Assembly (NCBI GenBank): GCA_029260755.1
Contig: JAJDCQ010000035.1
Span: 4,603 to 68,602, forward strand
Length of the DNA: 64,000 nt
Reading direction: 5' to 3'
Origin: Planctomycetota bacterium
GTDB taxonomy: Bacteria > Planctomycetota > J058 > JAJDCQ01
In this document: piece by piece, positions 22,328 through 30,441 of the stretch
Numbering within the stretch: the first letter of the stretch is position 1
How the letters are laid out: each line of letters opens with the position of its first letter
Position numbers and translations under genes: made by a program
Notes under the pieces: generated by a model
What the model saw: only the letters and a program-made list of their open reading frames with translations
Databases searched by the model: none
Told to the model about the DNA's origin: nothing

Positions 22328-25300
22328 TCAGCGCTTCATCTTGGCGATGGTGGCCTGGAACGCTTCGTCCTCGGCCAGTGCGGCGAAGGCGGGCTGCTTC
22401 GCGGCGATCTCGGGGCGGTCGAAGCCCAGGTCGGCCGCCTCCGCGAGCAGCTCGAGGACCTTCGCGCGGGCTTCGCCTTCGAGGGCGCCGTCGTCGCCTC
22501 GAGCGAGGCGGGCCCGGACGATGGCGAGGTTGAACGTGTCGGCCGCGGCCCGATGCCGGGTCTTGGCGTCGCTCCGGGGGTTCTTCGCGAGGCGCGCCTC
22601 GAGGTCTCTTCCCGCCTGCTCATCGCGACGGAGCTGGAAGCTGGCCGTGGCCCGCGCGCCGAGGAGGTTCTCCTCGAGCGACTCGGGGAGCCGCGCGTCG
22701 CGGTCGGCGCCGAGGACGGCGAGGAGCGCCAGGCCGGCGTCCGCCCAGTCCCACGCGCGGGTCGGCTCGTTCCCGCGGAGATCGCGTTTGGCGAGCATGT
22801 CGCATTGCGCGGTGAAGGCTCCGAGGTGCAGCGCGAGCGTCCGATCGAGCGGTTCGCCCGGCGAGGTCTCCCGTCGTGATCGGCCCAGCGCTGCGAGCGC
22901 GCGGACGAGACGAAGGGCCCAGTCGCGAACATCGAAGAGGAGCCCCCGCTCCTCCGGGACGGCTCGCGCCGGGAGCCGTGCGAACCCCTCCCAGGCGACG
23001 TCCGGGTGATCGGACTCGATCGCGGCGATGATGAGCGAGAAGCGCACCTGCGAGGTGAGGGCCGGGTCGGCGCCGGCGGGCATGCGGCGGTCCGCCTCGA
23101 GGAGGCGCTCGACCGCCTCGCCGGCGCGCCCTCGATCGAGGAGGACGAGTCCCGCCTTGAGGCTCGGCGCCTGGTAGGCCGGCGCCATCTCGGCGGCGCG
23201 GTCGAGGCGCGCGATCCCCTCGTCGTCGCGCCCGAGCTTCACGAGCTCCTCACCGATGTGGAGCTGGAGGACGGCCACCATCTCCGGCGGCTGGAGCGGG
23301 GCGAGGAGGCGCTCCGCCTCGAGGAAGTCGTCGACCGCGAGCGCGCGGCGGCCGGCCTTCTTCCGCGCAATGCCACGGTACCAGTGGGTCGTCCCGAGCT
23401 GAGCTCGGATCTCGGGCCCCGGACCGAGCAGCTCGAGCGCCTCGCCGAGCCGCGCCTCGATCGCCTGATACTCCTCGTCGTGGAGGTCGACGCCGGCGCC
23501 GACGCGCTCCATCACGACGACCTCGTACGCCGCGTGGCCCTCGGCGAGGTGCGGGTGCTCGCGAACGAGTCGCTCTCCGAGCGCGAGCGACGCGTCCGAG
23601 GTCGGATCGAGGTGGATCGCGGCGATCATCGCGAAGGGGTCGTCGGGCGCGAGCTCGCTCGCGAGGGTCAACCACCGGCGGGCTTCAGCGGGGATCGACG
23701 ACAGGTCTCCGCTCTCCTCGATCGACTCGCGTCGCAGGATCTGGCCGAGGATGACGAGGGCGTGCGGGCTGCCGCGCACGCCCTCGCCGGTCTGGTCGAA
23801 GGCGGCGACGCACGCCTCGTGGGCGCGGACGAGCGCGTCCTGAGCGGACGCGCTCCGGTCGATTCGGTAGCGCGCCTTCGCGAGCTCGATCCAGGCCTCG
23901 ACGAAGCCCGGATCGGTCGCGACCGCCTTCTCGAGCGGTGGGAGGATCCGGTCGCGGATCGTCGCGTCGTCGATGTTGCGATGGACCAGGCCCGCGACAC
24001 GCAGGTACGGGACGGTCGCGGCCGCCCGGGCGGCGGCGACTCGAGCCGCCTCCGCCTCGGCCGCCCGCGTCGCCTCGGCGAGGCGCGCCGCCTCGGCGTC
24101 GGCCTCGCGCCGCTCACGGGCTCGCTCGGCCTCGCTCCGGCGCCTCTCCTCCTCGGCGTGGGCGGCCGCCTCGGCGAGCTCCGCCCGCTCCTCGGCGGCG
24201 CGGAGACGCTCGCCGGTCTGGCGCGAGAGGATCACGCCGATGACGCCGCTCGCGATGAGCGCGACCGCGAGCACGCCGACCGCGGTGGAGATGACCCCCG
24301 GATGCCGGCCGGCCCACTTGAGCGCCCGGCGGAGCGGACCTTCGGGGAGGGCAGAGACCGGTCGCCCCTCGAGGTAGGCGGTCAGGTCGTCGGCGAGCGC
24401 GGCGACGGACGGGTAGCGCGCGTCGGGGTCCTTCTCGAGGGCGCGCAGGGCGATCGCGTCGAGCTCGCGCGGGACGGCGCGGCCGCGCGGGGCCGCCGAC
24501 CGCGGCGGGACGACCGGGTCCATGATGAGGGCGCGGATCGTGCCCATGGCCGTCTTGCCGACGAACGGAGGACGGCCGGTGACCGTCTCGTACAGGATCG
24601 CGCCGAGCGCCCAGACGTCGGCGCGGGTGTCGACGCTCGCGGCGTCGTCGGCCTGCTCGGGCGCCATGTAGCTCGGCGTTCCGATCGTGGCGCCCTCGCC
24701 GGTGAGGCGCGCGTCCTCGGGAGCGGTGGCGTCGGCGTCGCCGGGCGCCGAGGCGCTGCTCGCCGACGCCGGACCGAACGCGACGGCCGGGTCGTCGGGG
24801 TCGTCGAGGCGACGCGCGAGGCCCCAGTCCATCACGAGCACCTCGCCGAAGTCGCCCGTCATGACGTTGTCGGGCTTGAGGTCGCGGTGGATCACGCCCC
24901 GGTCGTGCGCGTAGGCGACCGCCTCGCAGACCTTGAGGAGCATCCGGACGAGCGCCGGTAGTCCGGGGCCGGCGTCCGGCGCGCGCGCCGCGCGGAGGAC
25001 GTCGCGGAGCGAGCGCCCGGGGACGAGGCGCATCGTGAAGTACTCGGTCCCGTCAGCCTCGCGCCCGACCTCGTAGACCGGAACGATGTTGGGGTGCTCG
25101 AGCTGGCCGGTGATCCGCGCCTCGCGGAGGAACCGCTCGCGGACGGCCGCGGGAACGGATCGGTCCGACAGGATGACCTTCTTCGCGACGTCGCGGCCGA
25201 CCGACGAATCCCGGACGCGCAGCACCTGACCCATCCCGCCGCGGCCGAGCTCGTCGACGACCTCGTAGCGCGATCCGCTCATGGCCGAGGCATACGCCGG

Positions 25301-25567
25301 CGGTGGCGGCCCGGCGGCGAGGGTCACGGCGGGGATGGGAGCCGGGGAGACGCCGGGCGTCGTCGCGACCAGGCTCGGCGGCGGCGTGCCGCCCGGCCAC
25401 GCGGCGGCGATCCCGACGAGCGCCGCGTCGGCGACGCGGCCGCGGGCGAGCTCCCAGACCGGACGGCGCGCGCGGGCGGCCTCGGTCGCGAGGCTCGCCG
25501 CCTGCTCGCGGGTGAGGATCCCCTGGCCGACGGCGATCGCGAGGAAGCCCTGCTCGTCGCGGTTCAC
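22328..25567 (-). CDS. Ser/Thr protein kinase with TM, coiled coil and TPR-like repeats
   Basis: GTG start after GGAGAGGA; LGRGGMGQV, HRDLKPDN, MDWGLA, GTPSYMAPE. Confidence 0.88.
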   Translation of the reverse strand: MNRDEQGFLAIAVGQGILTREQAASLATEAARARRPVWELARGRVADAALVGIAAAWPGGTPPPSLVATTPGVSPAPIPAVTLAAGPPPPAYASAMSGSRYEVVDELGRGGMGQVLRVRDSSVGRDVAKKVILSDRSVPAAVRERFLREARITGQLEHPNIVPVYEVGREADGTEYFTMRLVPGRSLRDVLRAARAPDAGPGLPALVRMLLKVCEAVAYAHDRGVIHRDLKPDNVMTGDFGEVLVMDWGLARRLDDPDDPAVAFGPASASSASAPGDADATAPEDARLTGEGATIGTPSYMAPEQADDAASVDTRADVWALGAILYETVTGRPPFVGKTAMGTIRALIMDPVVPPRSAAPRGRAVPRELDAIALRALEKDPDARYPSVAALADDLTAYLEGRPVSALPEGPLRRALKWAGRHPGVISTAVGVLAVALIASGVIGVILSRQTGERLRAAEERAELAEAAAHAEEERRRSEAERARERREADAEAARLAEATRAAEAEAARVAAARAAATVPYLRVAGLVHRNIDDATIRDRILPPLEKAVATDPGFVEAWIELAKARYRIDRSASAQDALVRAHEACVAAFDQTGEGVRGSPHALVILGQILRRESIEESGDLSSIPAEARRWLTLASELAPDDPFAMIAAIHLDPTSDASLALGERLVREHPHLAEGHAAYEVVVMERVGAGVDLHDEEYQAIEARLGEALELLGPGPEIRAQLGTTHWYRGIARKKAGRRALAVDDFLEAERLLAPLQPPEMVAVLQLHIGEELVKLGRDDEGIARLDRAAEMAPAYQAPSLKAGLVLLDRGRAGEAVERLLEADRRMPAGADPALTSQVRFSLIIAAIESDHPDVAWEGFARLPARAVPEERGLLFDVRDWALRLVRALAALGRSRRETSPGEPLDRTLALHLGAFTAQCDMLAKRDLRGNEPTRAWDWADAGLALLAVLGADRDARLPESLEENLLGARATASFQLRRDEQAGRDLEARLAKNPRSDAKTRHRAAADTFNLAIVRARLARGDDGALEGEARAKVLELLAEAADLGFDRPEIAAKQPAFAALAEDEAFQATIAKMKR

Positions 25568-25690
25568 GCGGATCCTCTCCGGCGAGGGTACCTCAGTCGT
25601 CGGTGCCCTGGGCCCTGGGCGAGCGCCGCGTCGAGCGGGCCGCCGGCATTGTCCCCTCGAGCCGGGGTTCACGCCACGAGCCGGGACGTG

Positions 25691-25718
25691 GTGACAGCGG
25701 AGCGGGTCCGGCGCGGTC
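25691..25718 (+). promoter_or_regulatory. motif GTGACAGCG-N14-CGGTC upstream of tRNA pair 1
   Basis: same boxes and spacing recur at 29396-29423. Confidence 0.55.
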
Positions 25719-25733
25719 TCAGGAGGCGAACGA

Positions 25734-25806
25734 GGGGACGTAGCTCAGCTGGGAGAGCACCAGCGTGGCACGTTGAAGGTCGCGGGTTCGAGCCCCGCCG
25801 TCTCCA
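25734..25806 (+). tRNA. tRNA-Ala(GGC), CCA not encoded
   Basis: acceptor GGGGACG/CGTCTCC with G3:U70, D arm GCTC/GAGC, loop GTGGCAC, T arm GCGGG-TTCGAGC-CCCGC, A73. Confidence 0.88.
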
Positions 25807-25858
25807 TTCGAACAGCCAGCCACTCACCAGAGCCACCGGCCCGAGAGGGGGAGAACCG

Positions 25859-25921
25859 ATGAAGTCGACCCGCCGCTTCGCCGCGCACCCCCGACCGACC
25901 AGCGCCTCCATCCTCTTCTAG
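25859..25921 (+). CDS. putative 20-aa mini-ORF MKSTRRFAAHPRPTSASILF overlapping the tRNA-Pro 5' end
   Basis: GGGGGAG RBS 5 nt upstream; TAG stop is nt 2-4 of the tRNA. Confidence 0.35.
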   Translation: MKSTRRFAAHPRPTSASILF

Positions 25922-25992
25922 GGGTAAGGCAGCCTGGCCGACCTACCCGGCTTGGAACCGGGGTCACGCGGGTTCGAATCCCGCTCCCTAGA
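25918..25992 (+). tRNA. tRNA-Pro(TGG), atypical, CCA not encoded
   Basis: acceptor CTAGGGG/TCCCTAG, anticodon arm CCCGG-CTTGGAA-CCGGG, T arm GCGGG-TTCGAAT-CCCGC. Confidence 0.82.
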
Positions 25993-26004
25993 TCGCGCGC
26001 CGGC

Positions 26005-27570
26005 TCACTTCGGGTCGTCCTCTTCCTGGAAGACGACCCGAACTTGGTTCAGCCAGTAGGCGGACTCACCGCCGCCGGGAAGTCTGGTGATCCGAAGGGT
26101 GTTGACCCCCTCGCGAAAGCGACTCCCGTCGATGGGCAGGCTGTGCCGTCTCTTGAGCTCGAGTCGTTCGTGGGTGGTCTCTCCGTTCACCTCGATCTGG
26201 ATGATGCAGCCCCGAGGCCTAGGCCCGTTCTTCTGGGGGACGTTCGGCACGTCCCCTGAGATGCTCACCCTCACGGGGGCGCGATCGAGGGTGAGCCCGA
26301 TCATGATGGACCCTCCAGCGCCCACGGTCGCCCTCCTTCGTCCCCAGCCCGCGTGGCCTTCGAAGCCGACCTCGAACCGTCCCGGGATCGATCGGTCCTT
26401 CAGATCGTAGACGATCGGGGGGAGATCCCTCGCGGGTGCCGACTCGGTCTCGGTCTGTGTCTCGGGCTCTGGCTCGGGCACCGGCACGGGCCTTGGCTCC
26501 GGCTTCGGAGGCTCTGGAACCGAGTCGGGCTCGTCGTCCGTTGCTGCGAGCGATCGTCTCGGGAGTTCGGGCTCGTCCGGAACGACCACGCTCGTCGGCC
26601 GTTCGGTCGGGCGCTGCGACACGCCGATCGCGATCACCGCGACCGCCATCGCCAGACCGCCGACGAGCAAGAGCGTGCGCGAGCGACGATTCGTGCTCGG
26701 CGGGGGGGCGCGGCGGCGAGCTCGCGTAGGTCCGCCGGTTTCGAGGCGGCGGGCGAGCTCCTCGGCATCGCCGAGCCGCTCATCGCGCTCCGGGGCGAGG
26801 CACGCGAGAACGAGCTCGTCCAGCCACGCGGGGACGCCCGGGCGGTGCGCGCTCGGCGGCTCGAGATGACCACGCATCTGGGCCGTGAGGACCTCCATCG
26901 GCGTGCTCGCCGAGAACGGGGGCGCTCCGGTGAGCATCGCGTAGAGCGTGGCGCCGAGGCCGTAGACGTCGCTTCGTCCGTCGATCTCGCCGAGCTGTCC
27001 GAGCGCCTGCTCCGGAGGCGCGTACCCGGGAGTCCCGAGAAACGCGCCCCCGACGCTCAGGTGCGCGCTCACGACCGCGGCCGCCTCGTCCTGGTCGGCC
27101 GCACGACCGACGAGCCCGAAGTCGGCCAGGACCGGCGCTCCGTCTCGATCGTCGTCGAAGAGGACGTTTGCCGGCTTCACGTCGCGGTGCACGAGGCCGG
27201 CCTCGTGCGCCGCGCGGAGCGCCCGCGCGAGCTTGCCGGCGATCCGGACCGCCTCTCGGGGCTCGAGAGGTCCGTCGCGTTCGATGCGACTCTCGAGGGA
27301 TCCGCCGCTCAGCAGCGGCATCACCAGGAACGGCGTGCCGTCGGCCTCTCCGACCTCGTGAATCGGCATGATGTGAGGGTGCCGGAGCCTCCCGAGAACG
27401 CGCGCCTCCCGTGCGAATCGTCGGCGCCCCGCCTCATCGAGCCGGTCTCGGGCGATGAGCTTGATCGCGACGTCCCGGTCGAGCTCTGGATCGTGGGCGT
27501 GAAGCACCGTCGCCGTGGCGCCGGCACCGATGGTCCTCACGACCTGGTAGCGTCCGATCGCCTGCATCAT
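26005..27570 (-). CDS. membrane Ser/Thr kinase with a C-terminal beta-sandwich domain (paralog A)
   Basis: IGAGATATV, HRDVKPAN, DFG, GTPGYAPPE; TM; Pro/Glu linker. Confidence 0.87.
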   Translation of the reverse strand: MMQAIGRYQVVRTIGAGATATVLHAHDPELDRDVAIKLIARDRLDEAGRRRFAREARVLGRLRHPHIMPIHEVGEADGTPFLVMPLLSGGSLESRIERDGPLEPREAVRIAGKLARALRAAHEAGLVHRDVKPANVLFDDDRDGAPVLADFGLVGRAADQDEAAAVVSAHLSVGGAFLGTPGYAPPEQALGQLGEIDGRSDVYGLGATLYAMLTGAPPFSASTPMEVLTAQMRGHLEPPSAHRPGVPAWLDELVLACLAPERDERLGDAEELARRLETGGPTRARRRAPPPSTNRRSRTLLLVGGLAMAVAVIAIGVSQRPTERPTSVVVPDEPELPRRSLAATDDEPDSVPEPPKPEPRPVPVPEPEPETQTETESAPARDLPPIVYDLKDRSIPGRFEVGFEGHAGWGRRRATVGAGGSIMIGLTLDRAPVRVSISGDVPNVPQKNGPRPRGCIIQIEVNGETTHERLELKRRHSLPIDGSRFREGVNTLRITRLPGGGESAYWLNQVRVVFQEEDDPK

Positions 27571-27602
27571 CGACTCGCCGTCCCGACCCGATCGTCCGCG
27601 AC

Positions 27603-29327
27603 TCAGTCCGTGTCGTCTTCCTGGAAGACGACCTGAACGCGGTTCAGCCAGTAGGCCGAGAAGCCACCGCCGGGAACCCGGGTGATCCGGATCGTGTTGA
27701 TGCCCTCGTGCCAGCGACCGTGGTCGAGGGGGATCTGACCCCCCTTCCCGAGCTCGAGCCGCTCGTGGATGACCTCGCGGTTGACCTCGATCTGGAGGAT
27801 GCATCCCTTCGGGCGGGGGCCGTTCTTCTGCGGAACGTTTGGCACGTTTCCGAGGAGATCGACCCTCGTCGGGGCCCGATCGAAGGTGAGCCGGATCAGG
27901 ATGGATCCATGGTCGCCGGCCACCGCCCGCACCACCTCGTTCTTCTTGTTGCGCGCCCAGCCCGCCGGCCCCTCGAAGCCGACCTCGAACCGGCCGGGGA
28001 CCGAGCGGTTCTTCAGCTCGTAGACGATCGGGGGGAGATCCTCGACCGGCTCGGGCTCGGGAGGGTCCGGAACCAGATCGGGCGGCTTCGGGACCGGATC
28101 GGGCGGCTTCGGGACCGGATCGGGATCGGGGTCCGGATCCGGCTCGGGATCGGGGTTCGTTTCCGGAACGGGGGCGGGCTCGGGCTCCGGCTCCGACGTA
28201 GCGCTCCGCGCGGTCGGGTCACCCTCGGGCACGTCGGCCGTCCCGAGGGCCGCCCACGCCGCGAGCGCGATCGCCGGGATCACGAGGGCGACGATGCCCG
28301 CGATGATCGGACCGGTCGGCGTCGACGACGGCCGCGCGATCGGACGGGCGCCGGTTCGTCGCGGCGCCCGCCTCTTCTTCGGCGGGGGCGACGTCTCGGC
28401 CGCCGGCGCGTCGGGGGGGAGCTCGAGGGTCGGCGTGGGCGTCGGCTGGGTCACCGTCGAGCCCTTCGGTGATGGCTGCACGAGCGCCGCCGCGGGGGCG
28501 TCGCCGACGATGTCGGCGAGGGCGTCGGCGAGCTCGGCGGCGGTCGGCCGCTCCGCCGGGTCGCGCGACAGACACCGGAGGATGAGCTCCTCGAGCTCCT
28601 CGGAGAGGTCCTCGGCGAGCTCGCGCGGCGGCGTCGGGTCCGAGGTGAGGATCTTGGTGAGCGTCGTGAGCGCCGAGCTGCCCCGGTAGGGCGGCACGCC
28701 GCAGACGATCCGGTAGAGGATCGAGCCGAGCGCGTAGACGTCGGTCGGCGTCCCGAGGAGCTCGCGGTCGTCCTCCGCCTGCTCGGGCGACATGTACTCG
28801 GGTGACCCGACGAGCAGGCCGGCCTGGGTGAGCCGCACCGACTCGTCGAGCTCGAGGGCGAGCCCGAAGTCCATGATCTTGACGACGCCCTCGTCGCTCA
28901 CCATCAGGTTCGCCGGCTTGAGGTCGCGGTGGATCACGCCGTGGCCGTGGGCGAAGGCGACCGCCTCGGCGGCCTGCCTGACCGCGCCGAGCGCCGCCGA
29001 CTGCTCGAGCCCGTCCCGGAGCCGCTCGCTGAGGGTGCTGCCCTCGACGAAGTCCATCACGATGAAGGGCCGACCGTCCTGCTCGCCCGCGCCGTGGACG
29101 CCGACGATGCCGCGGTGGCGCACCTTCGCGTTCGAGCGCGCCTCCCGGACGAAGCGCTGAACGTCGTTCTCGCTCGCGCCCGCCTTGAGGATGACCTTGA
29201 TCGCGACGTCCCGGTGGAGGGTCGGATCGAAGGCTCGATAGACGACGCCCATCCCGCCGCGTCCGAGCTCGGAGCGGATCTGGTAACGCCCGAAGCGGCT
29301 CTGGGTGATGTTGGAGGGGCCGTCCAT
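27603..29327 (-). CDS. membrane Ser/Thr kinase with a C-terminal beta-sandwich domain (paralog B)
   Basis: LGRGGMGVVY, HRDLKPAN, MDFGLA, GSPEYMSPE; TM; PD/PKPPD repeats. Confidence 0.88.
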   Translation of the reverse strand: MDGPSNITQSRFGRYQIRSELGRGGMGVVYRAFDPTLHRDVAIKVILKAGASENDVQRFVREARSNAKVRHRGIVGVHGAGEQDGRPFIVMDFVEGSTLSERLRDGLEQSAALGAVRQAAEAVAFAHGHGVIHRDLKPANLMVSDEGVVKIMDFGLALELDESVRLTQAGLLVGSPEYMSPEQAEDDRELLGTPTDVYALGSILYRIVCGVPPYRGSSALTTLTKILTSDPTPPRELAEDLSEELEELILRCLSRDPAERPTAAELADALADIVGDAPAAALVQPSPKGSTVTQPTPTPTLELPPDAPAAETSPPPKKRRAPRRTGARPIARPSSTPTGPIIAGIVALVIPAIALAAWAALGTADVPEGDPTARSATSEPEPEPAPVPETNPDPEPDPDPDPDPVPKPPDPVPKPPDLVPDPPEPEPVEDLPPIVYELKNRSVPGRFEVGFEGPAGWARNKKNEVVRAVAGDHGSILIRLTFDRAPTRVDLLGNVPNVPQKNGPRPKGCILQIEVNREVIHERLELGKGGQIPLDHGRWHEGINTIRITRVPGGGFSAYWLNRVQVVFQEDDTD

Positions 29328-29395
29328 GCAGCTCGATGGTAGGAGGATGAGCTGGGGCTCGCCACCGGCCTGCGGGCGACGCGCGCCGCGACCGC

Positions 29396-29423
29396 GTGAC
29401 AGCGTCTCGAGGGTGGATCGGTC
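29396..29423 (+). promoter_or_regulatory. motif GTGACAGCG-N14-CGGTC upstream of tRNA pair 2
   Basis: second copy of the 25691-25718 motif; followed by a UUCG hairpin at 29431-29456. Confidence 0.55.
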
Positions 29424-29456
29424 CTGGGAAGTGGCGGCGCTTCGGCGTCGCTCCAC

Positions 29457-29530
29457 ACGCTCGTGGCCCAACCGGACAAGGCACCGGCTTGCGAAGCCGG
29501 CGATTGCAGGTTCGATTCCTGCCGAGCGTA
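29457..29530 (+). tRNA. tRNA-Arg(GCG), CCA not encoded
   Basis: acceptor ACGCTCG/CGAGCGT, anticodon arm CCGGC-TTGCGAA-GCCGG, T arm GCAGG-TTCGATT-CCTGC. Confidence 0.85.
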
Positions 29531-29535
29531 TTCGC

Positions 29536-29609
29536 GCGTCCGTAGCCCAACTGGCAGAGGCGGCACGTCGAGAGCGTGTCCAGTGCAGGTTCGAATCCTG
29601 CCGGACGTA
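29536..29609 (+). tRNA. tRNA-Leu(GAG)-like with a short variable loop and C33
   Basis: acceptor GCGTCCG/CGGACGT, anticodon arm GCACG-TCGAGAG-CGTGT, 5-nt variable loop, T arm GCAGG-TTCGAAT-CCTGC, A73. Confidence 0.75.
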
Positions 29610-29621
29610 TCCCGATCACGT

Positions 29622-30431
29622 TCAGCGCTTCTTTCGCGCCGCCTCCCGGGCGGCGATCGCCTCCGCCCGCGACGGGATCCCGTCGTAGAACGCCGCCGCG
29701 ACGTCCCGGTTCGGCGTCCGGAGCCACTCGCGGAACGCGGGCTCGAGGGGCTCGATGACCTCGCCCGTCTGCACCTCCCACAGCAGCGCAGTCAGCAGCT
29801 TCCCGAGGAAGTTGGTGCCGGTCCCGTCGTGGTCGTCGCCCCACTGGCGGTCGTTGAGGGTGTGCTCGATGAAGAACGTGCGCGGCCACTCCCCGTCGGT
29901 CGCGGCGTGCTCGCCCCAGAGCTCGGGGTGCTGGGCGAACTTCGCCTCGAGGGCGATCGCCATCACCGAGAGCTTGCTCTCCTCCCACCGGGGGCGACGG
30001 GGGTAGCGGGCGTCCTCGCCGAGGAGCGCCGCGCCTGTCTCGGTCCGGAACGGAGCGCCGCCGAGCGACTCCAGCAGCTCGACCTGCTTCTTCTTCAGGC
30101 GCATCCGACCCTGCCCGGCCCGGGCCGAGTCGCTCGGGCTGAGCGCCCGGACGAAGCGCTCGTGGTGCTCGTGGAGCGCCTTGGCCGCCTGGAACGCGTT
30201 CTCGCTCGATGGGTAGGTGACGACGCCGACCGGCGTGACCGTGAACGGTTCGCCGCAGCACGGGAGCGCCTGAGCGGTGTCGAGCTCGATCTCGGCGGCG
30301 AAGAGGTTCGAGAACTGCCGCCCCGGCGCGCCGTCTCGTTGGAAATAGAACGGGCGGCATCGCATGACGATGCCGCCCGTCTGCCAGGGGAGCTGCACCT
30401 CGATCGAGGGCGTCCGCTGGAGAGTGTCCAT
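29622..30431 (-). CDS. NADAR (YbiA/DUF1768) family protein
   Basis: FSN, YPSSENAFQAAK, WEESKLSVM..ALEAKFAQHPEL, IEH..NDRQWG, GTNFLGKLL. Confidence 0.82.
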   Translation of the reverse strand: MDTLQRTPSIEVQLPWQTGGIVMRCRPFYFQRDGAPGRQFSNLFAAEIELDTAQALPCCGEPFTVTPVGVVTYPSSENAFQAAKALHEHHERFVRALSPSDSARAGQGRMRLKKKQVELLESLGGAPFRTETGAALLGEDARYPRRPRWEESKLSVMAIALEAKFAQHPELWGEHAATDGEWPRTFFIEHTLNDRQWGDDHDGTGTNFLGKLLTALLWEVQTGEVIEPLEPAFREWLRTPNRDVAAAFYDGIPSRAEAIAAREAARKKR

Positions 30432-30441
30432 CCGCGGCGCG

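Noticed and set aside
22172-22879. ORF starts MVKILDLTP (minus) and MLKILDLTP (plus)
   Set aside because: Both are read-outs of the two arms of the palindrome; the plus ORF is antisense to a kinase gene
25993-29456. Integrative element inserted at tRNA-Pro carrying the two kinases
   Set aside because: No integrase and no duplicated tRNA 3' end (att site) visible
29305-29758. Plus-strand ORFs crossing the tRNA-Arg/Leu genes
   Set aside because: They overlap well-formed cloverleaves; AGGAGG at 29341 abuts the ATG with no spacing
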